Part shown: positions 1-13,120 of the stretch, piece by piece
How positions within the stretch are numbered: position 1 is the first letter of the stretch
Layout of the letters: every line of letters begins with the position of its first letter
Source: Sphyrna mokarran
Taxonomy: Eukaryota
DNA: 64,000 bases
Assembly (NCBI GenBank): GCA_024679065.1
Contig: JAGIQG010000009.1
Location: 69,936,001-70,000,000 of the forward strand
Reading direction: 5' to 3'
Notes under the pieces: model-generated
The model's database searches: none
Seen by the model: the letters and a program-made list of their open reading frames with translations, nothing else
What the model was told of the DNA's origin: nothing
Made by a program: the position numbers and the translations under genes

Positions 1-3000
1 TGAGCTGTTCAATGCTTCAAAATAAGTAATAAATAGTATCTACAATGAATTAAACTGCTGATTGACTGCATGTGAATGTTGTCAACCAATGAAGCAATGA
101 GTGTACTAGGTGGTCTGGCTTGGCTTAAGCATTCAAAGCCTGTCGGATGCTAACTTTTTAAATAAACGTTTAATGTGGATATGCTGCCAAGAATACAACC
201 TAAGTATATCTTAGAAATTTGAACTTGAAGTATAAAGTGAGACTTATGCCAATGATGTTTTTGCTTTGTACACTGAGGGCATGTAATTACAACCCAAAGT
301 GGAAGACTTACAGATTTGTTTGGCTCCCCTAAGTATTTACTTGTTAAATTATTACCTGTTTTTCTTGTTTGTCCTCTATAATAAGGATTAGTTGTTGCAT
401 GAGAACTGGGGCATATTTGCAATCCGATTGCTTTATTTGTTGAATATTTCAAACTGTAATGATCTAATTTCATATCGTTTGTGTCAAAACAGACACCAAT
501 CACAGCATCTGGAAACATTGTGCTTTTACTTTGTTTTAAGAGAGCCACATACTCCAGGAATACTGAGTTACTGAAATATTAACACATAGAAATTTACAGT
601 GATGAAGGGGCCACTCGTCCCATTGTGTTCATACTGGCTGATTAGTAGCCGTCAGTCTAATCTCTCGATCCGTAATTTTGATAAGTGTACGTCCAAGTAG
701 TTAGAGGATCTCTTGTCAATACCAGTAAGTTCCCAAACCCAGCCACAATTATTAGAACCATAGGAATATCCACCCCTACTATTCCACACCCTTGTGGTTC
801 CCAGTGAATCCTGCTCTTTATCTGCACTAGTTCTTAATGTATTCTGAAAAAGTCTTTGGGTTTCTTTATTTGCCAATATCTTGATGCCCTCTCTTTACTT
901 TCCTAATTTCTTTTTAATGTAACCTCTACACCCTTTTTTTTACTCCTCTGAGATTCTTCATAGCACTGAGCCCTTGGTATCTGTCATAAGCTTCTTTTTC
1001 TTTCTTCTCCTAAGCCTCTTGACAGCCAGTGGCTCTGGATTTGTGAGTCCACATTTTTGAGGAACATATTTGACCTAAACTCTTGGTATCGCTTCCTTAC
1101 CTTCCTCCCATTGACAGCTAAGACCAGTTGAATAACCACTCCTTTTCTCTGATGTGCTTATCAAGAATACTGGATGATTGTCAATGATTTTGCCAGGATA
1201 TTTTTGAAAGTTCTCGTAGACATCAAAGTATATTAGAATCCTACAGCAGCAAAAACAAGCCCAACTAGGAATGTACACTCACCATGTTTTGGATATGGCT
1301 TGCAATACCTAACTCTCGGTATCTGAGGACCAAAATGCAATCAGTCAAATTGAGCAGTTTGACAGGATTGCCTGTTTTTGTATGTGTTTGACATGATTTT
1401 GCAATGCCATGCTCTGGTTGTACAAAGTTGATGTGGCTATTGACTTGCTAGATTTTGGCAATGTAACAAAAATTCAGTTCATCTGAATTGATTTTCCCTT
1501 TTCTAAAAGAACATGATTCAGCTCGAGCACACATGTTGTTGCACTTCTGGGAATTGCAGCTGCACTCTTCTCCTTTTACCCTTTTCACCACTGTGCCTGT
1601 TTTTAGTGCTTGGCTCCGGGAAGAGCATTTTTGTTTCCTCACTTTCAGGCACTCCCTTTCAAACATGTCTTCTTTGATTTGAATTAGTGTCCAATAGGAT
1701 GGGAGATAGTAAATCTATGCTAATATTGTAACAATCAACACTGATACATGTGTTTGGAAGAAAATGATGATCTTATAAAGCATTTGTCCATCTCTGGGGG
1801 ACTGTACACCCCAAATTAGATATAGATTTTATCATGAAGTGCTTCCAAAGTTATTTTTCACTTGATTAAGCTGACTGGCCTATAAATGACATGCAGGAGG
1901 CCTAAACGTGATTTTGCTTCTTCCTGTATATTTTCCTGCATATTTTCAGTTGAATAATTGGGCTGAATAGTCAACATAGTAGTCAAAAAGAAGTTATAAT
2001 CCCAAAATTCATAATTTGTAGATTGCAGCAAGTGTACAGTCTGTCTTGTGCTGTTTTAAAAACTATTAAGGCACTCCAATGTCATCTGTACATACAATAA
2101 AACATCCTGGCACATTTACCATCACTTGAGTATCAAGAAGCCATTGTTTCTCTCTATTGCCAAAAGCTCCCTCCTTTGCTTAGACTGAACTGGACAGTGG
2201 AAAAACTTTGCTTTCTGTTTTATCTCAATCTATATCTTACATGTACTCCATCACCAAGACCACTTGCTCTTTTGCAGCATCTTGTGTCCCACATCAACTT
2301 AGTCCCAGTGTCCTTGCAATCTTTAATCTTTCCATTTGATGAGATACATCCAACACCCTGCCTTTTGACTAGCCTTAAGTCCAACTTTGTACCTCATCCT
2401 TGACTTGTTACTCTCTCCTTCTCTCTAACTTGAGGAATGTTCTGAAAAGCTTCATTTTCAATCAAAATTTCAGCAAACTCTTCTAACGTTTGTGCTCATG
2501 ATCATCCATATTTATCTGCTTAATTTCTTCAATTTACCAAGTGATCAGTTACATTATAAATATTGAAATGCCAAATTATCCCATGTGCTTCATTGTGTAC
2601 AGGATAAAAAATAATCAAGCATGGGTTGTTATTTAATTCCTAATCAATTTTGGAGGTAGTCAAAGCATTTGTCTTCTGTATTCGAAGAGGACTGTGTAGT
2701 ATTTTTGTTAGGACTAATCTGTCAGGCACCCTGACCCATAAGCACATTGGAAAAGGAGCAGCAGTAGATCATTTGAGCCTGAGCTGCCATTCAATAAAAT
2801 CATGGTAGATGTTTTGTGGGCTCAGCTCCACCTTCCAATAATCCTTAATTCCTTTACTGCTCAAAAATTTATCTATGCTTGCTTTAAGATGAACATTCAA
2901 CAAGGTAGCCCCAACTGCTTTACTGCGTAGGAAATACCACAGATTCATAACTGTCTGCTGGAGAATTTCACTGCACACCACCCCACCCCGCACCAGCCCC

Positions 3001-3988
3001 ACCCAGAAATCCTAGGTAAAAATTTCAAACCATAATTGCCCTGCAATGGAAGCCATTCAAAAGTACAATATACATAGCAAACTGTCTTATAATCATAATC
3101 CAGAACAGGTCAGAATTAAACTACTACTAACTTCTGGATAACTATACAAAATTCACTCTAAGCCCCACCATTGACAACCCAACCCCATCCTGCTGCTCCC
3201 CAGTTCTACCCACTTGTCTTACAAACTTACCTTCTCCATGGCTTTTCCAATGTGGCTGGACCTTTTAAACTTGCCTGCTTTATGACAACTAGAACTGTAA
3301 AAGAAGATGTGGTTTTACTTTCTCTCCAACTCTTTGCCTGTGGCACCTGCTGCATTATAATAAATGAATTTGAATCCTACCACAGAAACTAGGGATTTAA
3401 ATTCAAATCAATAAGCATGAAACTACCAGATTGTTGTAAAAACCCATCTTATTCACAAATGTCCTTGAGGGTAGAAAATTGGTTATTCTTACCTTGTCTG
3501 CCCTACGCGTGACTCAGATCCATAGCAATATAGTTAACTCAACTGCCTTCTTCAATGATCTGGCAATTGTCAAGAGAATGGCTTGCCACCATCGTGAGGG
3601 CAATCAGAAACAGACCTTCTAACAAGATTACAAACAGAATTTGTGATTCAAATGCCCTCAATTACATCATGCCGCAAACTACAGAGCAATTAATTCTGCC
3701 GTCGACAGGTGATCCAGTCTCAAGTGCATCAGCCACGAAGTGTTCTCATTTGTGTTCTAATCTGAGACTGGCACTAATGATCAGCTTTTGTGCTCACTTG
3801 GTTCTCAATATGGGATAAATTGCAGTTTCACTTCAAAATATTGCAGGTTGAAATTTGCCCAACATGTTCGCACAAGGCTTCAGATTTGTTATGTAATTTA
3901 TAAAAACATGAGGCTTTGGGGTTATGATCTCACTTGGTGTCATATTGGTTACGAGTTAATAATTGATTTTCTTCCTAAATCTTCAAAG

Positions 3989-4084
3989 GAACTCGAAGGA
4001 ACTTCAAAGTTTGCAAACCTTAACAGCCGTGTGAAGGAAAACAAAAAGCAGGGTCAGAAACAGCTACAGATGCAGAAGCAAATA
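3989..4084 (+). CDS. RGL1: mirror copy of exon 10
   Basis: Reverse complement of 39743-39838; likely artefactual duplicate. Confidence 0.6.
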
Positions 4085-5476
4085 GTGTGTCATCTAGTTA
4101 TTCCAAGACTTAACAATTCTCAAACTTCAAATAGTGATTCATTTTTACATAATTCTTCGCTTTATATGAAGCTATTAACCAGTTCTCCTTTCCATTTCCA
4201 ATGAGGACGCCAGTATTGCTGTTTGATTGGTTGCATTTTAAAAGCTATAATTATTGGCACTGTGCTAATGTTTATAAATGTAATCATATATTGAAAACAT
4301 GTATTGTATCATTTTAGATCTAAATTGTTCCACATTTAAGATGATCCAAAGCTAGTATGAATAGAATCTTCCTCATAGTCTAGAGGGTAAAGGCACAATA
4401 CTGACTCAATTGATGCTGAGTACACTGATGTTCACAAGGGTAGCAACTGGGGCTCACATTTAGTCACCTATTTTAGGATAAAGAAGGAAGAACTAAAATC
4501 CAAACAGAAATAGGTAATTAGAGTCAGCTCAAGTCTGTTAGGCTGAATGTATTAGTTCTGGGGGTGGTTGTATAACCCTGTGAAAAATCATGCAAGTCAA
4601 TGCACTGGATTGGAAGAATGAGATGGAATTTCAGTGAAATGCAAGATTGAGGATTTGGCAGGAAATCTATACACAGAAGAGGTGTGGACACTTGGTTTAA
4701 GATCAATAGATTTTGAACTCAGGAAATCAAGGGAGATGAGAATCAAGCCAAAAAGTGGAGTTGAAGACAGTCACTTGTTAACTTATTGAATGGTGGGAGC
4801 TGTAGGGTCTACTCTAGTTGTTACTTGTGTTCTTTTGAATCTCCTTCCGCGCTATAAAATAACACAACTAGTTGGAACTTCTGATAGCTGACCATTAGCT
4901 CCTGCTGGGAAGCTGCATATCTGATCATTATTTAAGGTTTCAAATGATCTCAGCCTTTTGATAGAATAAGGTACCAATGATCATCCTATAGGTCACCATA
5001 TGAAGACAAGTTCCAGCCATGAATTTCTGGTAACAAAGGAGAAAAAGAAAACAAAATGATGGAGAATAACATAATGTTTTGTCTGCACTTACAATTAAGT
5101 GAACTGTTTATAATTTGGGGTTAGTAGAGGCAAATGTTGTATTTGACCAATGCTGTTTACATTTGTTATTGTTTTGTACATAATTACTTATCACTTGAGT
5201 GTTTACCATTAGCAAGAGTGGGTAATCTATTTATAAGCCCTGATGTGTGAGAGAATTCCCAACCTTCAGGTGATTGATATTGATCAACTCAACATGGGAG
5301 ATCCAGCTCTAGCTTTCTATTCCATGGTATAATCTGTAATTAAATAGACTCATATGTTTGGGTTGCAAAATGATTTAGTTGCATACTAAAGGGAATGGTT
5401 TTAAGTATGGATAGTATGTTTAGGAAATATGACATGCATATAAAATGGATTAAACAATTTTGCTCCTCTTTTATAG

Positions 5477-5563
5477 GATGTGAAGCAGGGAACTGTGCCC
5501 TACCTGGGGACTTTCTTAACTGATCTAATTCTGTTAGACGCTGCTCTTCCAGATTATGTTGAT
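5477..5563 (+). CDS. RGL1: mirror copy of exon 11
   Basis: Reverse complement of 38264-38350. Confidence 0.6.
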
Positions 5564-5904
5564 GCAAGTCTCTTTACAACATATTAAGATTTCTTCTTTG
5601 CTGTGGTTACATTTGTTGTGCAAGTTGTTTGGAGATGGGAACCAAAGTGATAGTAAAAGAATTAATGAGATTAATGAATGAAGCACATTAAAGAGAATAC
5701 ATGCACAGCTTTGATTTGATATTTTGCACTATGAATCAGTCACTTGCACACAGTGATTTGCATACAGCTTATTCTCAAAGCAGCCAGTTGAGCGTAGCCC
5801 TATTTATTGTGTAGCCTGAAAATGTTATATAAATTGCACACTTTTTATTTGCGCAGGTAAGATACTATTAATTGTACATTTTTTTCCATTGCATTCTAAA
5901 TTTT

Positions 5905-6185
5905 AAGTTTATTAATGTCACAAGTAGGCTTACGGCAATAAAGTTACTGTGAAAATCACCCAATCGCCACATTCTAGTGCCTGTCTGGTTACACTGAGGG
6001 AGAATTTAACATGATCCAAGCAGCTAGCCAGCATGTCTTTCAGATTCTGGCAGAAAGCCAGAGCAACTGGAGGAGACCCATGCAGAGAGGGGAGAACATG
6101 CAGACTCCCCGCCACAATGACCCAAGCCAGGAATTAAACCTAGATCCCTGGTGCTATGAGGCAACAGTGCTTGCCACTATCTCCC
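5905..6185 (-). mobile_element. tRNA-derived SINE, shark HE1-like (mirror about 37642-37922)
   Basis: Minus strand tagtggcaagcactgttgcctcatagcaccagggatctaggtttaattcc (A/B-box-like head), then ggagtctgcatgttctcccc core. Confidence 0.8.
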
Positions 6186-6457
6186 CGAGCTTGCCTACTT
6201 ATATAATAAACTTGGTGTTTACAAATTTGACTGTAGCAGAGGATTCTGTATAATTTTGCAAAATAATGCCCAGTCAATGCAATGCATTTATTTCTGTTGT
6301 ACACATGATTGAGTTTTGGCTACATTTTAATTTGGAACCAGGTTTACAGGACTTGGATTTCATTCCTAGGAATCCTTTCAAGTTCACAATCTTGTAGTGT
6401 GATCTGATCTTTCTACAAGTCAAATTAATTTTTGCTGTTCTTGTTTGTCTCATATAG

Positions 6458-6490
6458 AATGGTTTGATGAACTTTGAGAAGAGACGGAAG
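6458..6490 (+). CDS. RGL1: mirror copy of exon 12
   Basis: Reverse complement of 37337-37369. Confidence 0.6.
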
Positions 6491-6785
6491 GTTAGTATAA
6501 ATTATTGTACCTTTTCAAAAACTTTGACAGTTGTATTTGGGGGGGAATGGGGAGTATGCTTCTGTTATTGGGTTTGGAAGTGGAAATCCAAAACTCAAGG
6601 TCTGAAACATAAAATTCACTAAAAATTGAATGAAGGAGGAACTTGGCATGGTTGTCTTTTCAGGAAAGCTAAATGCATGGAAAAGGAATAAGAGAATGTT
6701 TGGAGTCTGATGAAGACAGGAGAAGTATAAATGCCAGCGCACAAACAGTTGGGCCAGATAACCTATGTCTATGCTATTAATTTGA

Positions 6786-7985
6786 GTAAGAAGCCTTACA
6801 ACACCAGGTTAAAGTCCAACCAGTTTATTTGATAGTAAACCCACAAGCTTGCAGGGTTTGCCCCTTTGTCAGGTGAGCAGAGAGTTCTGGTCTCAAACAG
6901 AGTGTATAAAGACACACACAGTTTACAGATTATTGATTAGAATGTGAGTCTTTATAGCTAACCTACTATTCAAGTTTTAAAGATGCAGACAATGTGAGTG
7001 GAGATAGCGTAAGGCATAGGTTAAACAGATGTGTATTGTCTCCATTAAGTGAGATATTGCAAGTTCATGCAATTCATGAGGGTTACAGATAGTGTGACAT
7101 GAACCCAGGATCCCGACTGAGGCTGTCCTCATACGTGCGGAACTTTGCTATCAGTCTCTGCTGAGCGATTCTGTCGTGTGTCGTAAAAGCCGCCTTGGAG
7201 AAGGCTTACCCGAAGATTAGAGGCCAAATGCCTGTGACCGCTGAAGTGTTTTGCCAACAGGAAGGGAACAGTCTTGCCTGGTGATTGTCGAGCGGTGTTA
7301 TTCATCCATTGTTGAAGCATCTGCATGGTCTCCCCAGTGTACCATATTTCGGGACACCCTTTCCTGCAGTATATTAGGTAGACAACATTGGCTGAGTTGC
7401 AAGAATATATGCTGTATACCTAGTGGATGGTGTTCTCACATGGTATGATGTCACCCATGTCGGTGGTCTGGCATGTCTTGCAGAGGTTGCTGTGGCAGGG
7501 TTGTGTGGTGTTGTGGTCACTGTTCTCCTGAAGGCTGGGTAGTTTGCTGCGAACAATGGTCTGTTTGAGATTATGCGGTTGTTTGAAGGCAAGAAGTGGG
7601 AATGTGGGCATGGTCCTGATGAGATGTTCGTCTTCATCAATGATATGTTGAAGACTCCGGAGAAGATGTCGTAGCTTCTCTGCTCCGGAGACAGTACACA
7701 TCTCTTTAAGCTATGCCTTACGCTATCTTCATTTACATTGTCTGCATTTTTAAAAGTTGAACAGCAGGTTAGCTGTAAGGACTCGCATTCTAATCAATAA
7801 TCTGTAAACTGTGTGTGCCTTTATACGCTCTGTTTGAGACTAGAACTCTCTACTCACCTGACAAAGGGGCAAACTCCGAAAGCTTGTGGGTTTACTATCA
7901 AATAAACTGGTTGGACATTAACCTGATGTTGTGAGACTTCTTAAAATGTTTACCCCAGTCCAAAGCTGGCATCTCCACATCATGA
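6786..7985 (-). mobile_element. 5'-truncated Penelope-like element: decayed GIY-YIG endonuclease (about 7083-7692) between inverted ends
   Basis: Minus-strand [31 protein letters not shown] with stop/frameshifts; 6787-7043 inverted to 7687-7943; flanks ctattaatttga / ctgttaatttga. Confidence 0.88.
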
Positions 7986-9005
7986 CTGTTAATTTGATGC
8001 AGTTTGCCTACCAGCATCACGGCTAAGTAAAGCATGCACTAGTGGTGTTACATGAATCATATTATAATTCAGTGTTTTGTCAAGACTGAAGGTATTGCCT
8101 TAATCCTGAGACTGGTTGAATAATTCCTCAATATTCAGATAGCAGTTTCTTTCAGAAGCGAAACATTTGCAGCAAGTCATGGCATGTCAGTAAATTGAAG
8201 CAGGATTGCAGCTCCTGGTTTTAGCATCAGTGAAAGGTTTTTAACGTCCCATTTCTGACTTTGCTCCTATCAACTTTACAAACACGCTTTATTGCTGTGA
8301 TTACAGTTGAGCATGTTTTGTGCTATTTTCAATTTATGCCACGGAGAACCTGCAAATGCTAACACAATAAAAACCTAACCATGTGGAAGGCAGTGACACT
8401 GCATTCCTAAAACTGCAACTTGAGCTCTAAATTTTTAGCCTAATCCATAAATGAGATGGGATCCTATCTGATCCACTTTGCACCCTGTCTGGTTTAACTA
8501 GTTCATGAAATCAGGAGGGATACAAAATAGGCATCTATCCCAAATCTATACATCCTCCATCTAGGTGGATACGACTATAGTTTTATCAACTGACCAATTT
8601 TACATTTTACAATCCAACAGTGCTATATTTTTGTCAAATTTTCACCTGGATAAAGTCTTCCTCTGGTACCTGTCAAACTGTCACTGAATGCAAGATAGAA
8701 CAGAACAGCCAGAGCCAATGAGGAGAAAACTCTGCAGCGTTTAGGTTTCAGAATGTTTTAGCTACACATTGTCCAAAGTTCATTGTTGAATAATCTATGT
8801 GGAAATTCATTGCTGATGCACAGCAAGGGCCATTGATTCCCAATGAAAGGTTTTGAGACATGAGCCACTATGCAACAAATCTAGCAAACAAAATGTTTTA
8901 AAATAGTTTTGGCACTATTCAAAAATCAATGACTCAGGTAAAGCAGTAGCAATTACAGCAGCTTTGAATCTCAACTTCCAACTTTTTTTTCCATGTTCAT
9001 TTTAG

Positions 9006-9127
9006 GAATTTGAGATAATAGCACAAATTAAACTGTTACAGTATGCTTGCAATAACTACAGCATCAATCCAGTCCAGAAGTTTCTAAAATGGTTTCACGG
9101 TCAACAATATTTGACTGACAAAGAAAG
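9006..9127 (+). CDS. RGL1: mirror copy of exon 13
   Basis: Reverse complement of 34700-34821. Confidence 0.6.
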
Positions 9128-9214
9128 GTAAGAGGGTGTTGCAAGCATTGCTGGTCAAACCATCAAGGGTTTCACCATTAATGAGCTTGACAGTTCCCTG
9201 GTTATAAATATTTT

Positions 9215-9860
9215 TGTGATGGGAATCATACAGCACAGGAAAAAGTTTATTCAGCCTATCTTGTCTGTGCCTACTCAAAGATTTTTTTTAAAAAAAGCCA
9301 CCTGTTCTGATCCCACATTTTAGCAACTGGTCCGTAGCCTAAATAATTTAAGAAGGTACCTGGATTATAACCTGAAAGTATCTGCCTCTACCAGCAAGAA
9401 TTCAGACAGTCACTATGCTCTGGGTAGAGAAGTCCATCTACCAAACACCTTAAATCTGTGCGGCCTGGTAATAGACGTCTCCTATAGGGGAAGTTGGGCT
9501 TTCCTCATAGCCTCAATTTTCAAGAACTGACAACATTCTTGTAAATCTCCTCTACTCCAGAGGAATTATGTTGTTCCTGTAACATGGCAGTCAGGATGGT
9601 ATGTATTTCTAGTTGTTGCCTAACTAGTGTTTTATATGGGTTCCAGCATTACATCCTTGCTTTTGCAGTCTATATCTTGTCCAATAACGGAAACATTCCA
9701 TATGCCTTTTGTATCATAACCATCTGTATTGCCATCTTCAGCGACCCGTGGAATGGACTCCAAAACGTTGCATTTCATCTACCCCTCCCGTTTATTTCCT
9801 ATTCCCTTGCATCAATTTGCACTTCAGGTTGAAATCCATTTGCCAGTTTTTCCACTCGCT
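9215..9860 (-). mobile_element. old CR1-type LINE fragment (mirror about 33967-34612)
   Basis: Degenerate similarity to the 12265-13120 element; boundaries approximate. Confidence 0.6.
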
Positions 9861-10679
9861 TAACCAAATCATTTTGGGTAGATTTACAAACACCGCCATC
9901 ATATACATGTCATTATATCAGTATGTAGTAACATGCACCAAACTAATAAGCCAATAGTTATAGAAAAAAAATGGGACTGTGATTGAGAAACCATGTTTTG
10001 AGTTTCTACTTTGAACACTTTTGCTGATCCAGATATAAATTGTGCTACTTTTTGAAGTTTCTGCTCAAACATGTTTGTGCACTATTGACCTTTATCACAT
10101 GCAATTGGTCAACATTTTAGAAAGTGATTTTTTTAAATTTATACAAAGTGTTTGCCTCAAATTATTCCTTGATGTACTGCTGTTTTATTAATTATCTCAA
10201 AAACCCTAAAGTTTAATCAATATCTCACCCTCCACCTGGACTTGAAATGGACTTATTGAATGCTTTATATAGTTGCATTGAATTGCAACAGTTGGCTTCT
10301 TAGTAAATGAACAAAAAATGAGCTTAAATATTTTTGCACCTTTTACACCACCTTAGGCTACAGACACACCTGCTGAATCATTACCTGGAATGTTTCATTT
10401 GAGCTGGGAGTATGGCCATTTTGTGGAGGGGAAAAACTTTTTTTATTTTCCTTTTTGGAATGGCTTGGTTGATTTTGGGAAGATTGCACTAGAAACGTTG
10501 GCAGCACAAAGTCTTGTCCTTTTAATGTTTTGTCTGCTCCCATCATTGCCAATCAACAGAATCTGCTCCTCATTTTGGTATCTGTTCTCCTAGCACATGA
10601 GTGTTGGTCACTCAGTGAATGATGGACCAACTTCTTTCATTAACTATGAGTAGCCTCCCAATGTCAGCTGCGTGCACTC

Positions 10680-10910
10680 ATGGGTCAGTTAACTCAGTTG
10701 GCGAGATGGCTGGTTAGTGATGCAGAACAATGGCAACAGATCAGGTCCGATTCCAATTTTTGCTGAGGTCAGTAATGAAGTTCCTGCATTCTCAACCTTG
10801 CCTCTTGCCTCAGGTGTGGTAACCCTCTGGTTAAATCACCACCAGTCAATACTCTCCATTCAAGGGGAGAGTAGTCTTTGTTCATCTGGGACTATGTTGA
10901 CTTTACCTTC
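10680..10910 (+). mobile_element. second tRNA-headed SINE family (relative at about 52655-52825; mirror about 32917-33147)
   Basis: taactcagttgg head, gattcc B-box-like motif, ctctggttaaatcaccaccagtc and ggactatg..actttacctt shared with 52655-52825. Confidence 0.6.
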
Positions 10911-11358
10911 ATGTGAAAATACAGATGAGGCCAGGAACTACTGGTGATTTTGCAGCCTAATGCTAAGAATTGCACTTACTATTGATATTGCTTTATTTTC
11001 CTGTACCTAATGTTCAGGTTGGACGATCTTGTTTCCTTCAGTGTGTCGCACAAAAAGGCTATGACAGTCATGGTAGCTCTCTTCTAAGAATGTCTGACAC
11101 ATGAAATTAAATTAATTTCCATTTGCATTTCATGCAGTACAAAAGATTGCAGTTCCAGTAGCGAGAACCAGCACTTAATCATTAATCAAAGTGTAATGTT
11201 CTCTTCCTGAAAATAATTGCCTTTTGTAAGCAAATTAATCATTCATGCAAATTTTTTGTTTGTACAAATGAGTTTTTCAAAATGCTAGGAATATTAAGCA
11301 AAGACATCTTTTTTTTAAATGAACCTTGTGCGAAATATGTTTATCTGCCATCCTGCAG

Positions 11359-11457
11359 CAATTGTGTGTCCTGTGAGCCAAAGGCAATTCCTGATGTTAG
11401 TCCCACATCACCAAAACCCAGAAAGCAAATAGCAAAAGTGTATCATAAACAGAGCAG
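11359..11457 (+). CDS. RGL1: mirror copy of exon 14
   Basis: Reverse complement of 32370-32468. Confidence 0.6.
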
Positions 11458-12264
11458 GTATTTCATCTGGTTGCTTTCTTTGTAATAAGTGCCAAGACAG
11501 ACATGGTGGGCATCAGCTCCACCATGAAAGTATATTTTAATTTGTGGCCGATATTATTTTACTGGAGTGTGAAGATTCAGTGGTTGATAAAATTTAGCTT
11601 GAGACAATATGATAACGGTTGGTGTTGTTCCCGCCTCGAGCCTATATCTGTTGTCGACTAATTGATAGAGGCTGATTGCTAATGACTAATCAATGACTCC
11701 ATTATTATTGTATCATTTGATTGGACCAGATAGTCTTGTCCAGCAATTCCTACGTATCAAATGATAGTCAGTGTATAAATGGCTAGACCTTTTCAAATTT
11801 GCACTTAGGGGAGGAATCTCAAAAATGGATTAAAATGAAAGGCATTGTTGTGTGCTTACATAATAAAAACTGAATGGAGTTGATTACTTGAATGCAAATC
11901 CAATCTACATTCCATTTTCTCTCAAGTTTAAAATTAACATGCAAGTGTGTGTGCATCAAGACTACAAAGACATTTTGTTCTCAGATTGTCCCTGTCACAG
12001 TAAAGCAGCATCTTTTATTTATCTCCACATGGGCAAGGACTAAAAATATGGAGGTTGAGGGAGAATCACTCCTTACTACTGTATTGTACCTTGCAGTAAT
12101 CTGTATTGCAAATTGTGATTGTTTTGGTCATAGGCAATACTGAAGTTGAGGCAGAGAAACATACATTCATTTCCTGGTATATCATCTTTCTACATAATCA
12201 TCTTGGTTCTATATCATCTTTCTATATAATTGGGTTGGTTTTAGTTGCATGTTATAAGTTCATA

Positions 12265-13120
12265 ACATATAGGAGCAGAATTAGACTCTTTGGCCCATTG
12301 AATCTGCTCTGCCATTCAATCACCCTTCAACCATTGCCAATGAAAAATCTGTCTAACTCCTCAAATTTACTCACTGTCCCAGCATTCACCACACTTTGGG
12401 ATAGCGAATTCCACAGATTCACAACCCTTTGTAAGAAGTAGTTTCCCCTCAACTATTTGAAATTTGCTACCTCTTACCCTAAGACTATGATCTCTCATCC
12501 TAAAATGCCACAAGAGAAAGCATCTTTTCCACATCTACTTTATCCAAACCTTTTATCATCTTGTATACCTCTTGACCTCCCCTCATTCTTCTAAATTCCA
12601 GACAGTATAGGCCTAAACTGTTTAATCTCTCTTCATTCAACAAGCTCTTTATCTCTAGAATCGATCTGGTGAACCATCTCTGAACTGCCTCCAATGTCAC
12701 TACATCTTTCCTCCAACAAGACCAAAACAGTGCACAATACTCCAGGTGCGGTTTCACCAATGCCTTGCATAGTTGCAACAACACTTCTGTATCTTTATTC
12801 TATTCCTTTAACTATAAATGCCAACATTCCATTTGCTTTCTTTATTATCTGCTGTACCTGCATGCTAATTTTCTGTGATTCATGAATAGGATATCCCAGA
12901 TTGCTCTGCACCAGAGCACCCTGAAATCTTTCCCCATGTAGGTAATAAGTCACCTTCCCATTTTTCTGACCAAAATGCATGACCTCGCACTTGTACACAT
13001 TCAATTCCATGTGCCACATTTTAGTCCACTTTCCTAACCTATCTGTAGCCATTTAAGGTTCTTTCTTCCTCATTTCAACTTACTGTCACACCTATTTTTG
13101 TATCATCTGCAAATTTGGTT
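12265..13120 (-). mobile_element. CR1-type LINE ORF2 3' fragment (mirror about 30707-31562)
   Basis: [45 protein letters not shown]; in-frame stops. Confidence 0.9.

Noticed and set aside
5905-6185. tRNA-like A/B boxes
   Set aside because: SINE heads without a full cloverleaf, not tRNA genes
12178-12230. 21-bp near-tandem duplication tatatcatctttcta(c/t)ataat
   Set aside because: Ordinary local slippage beside a LINE tail
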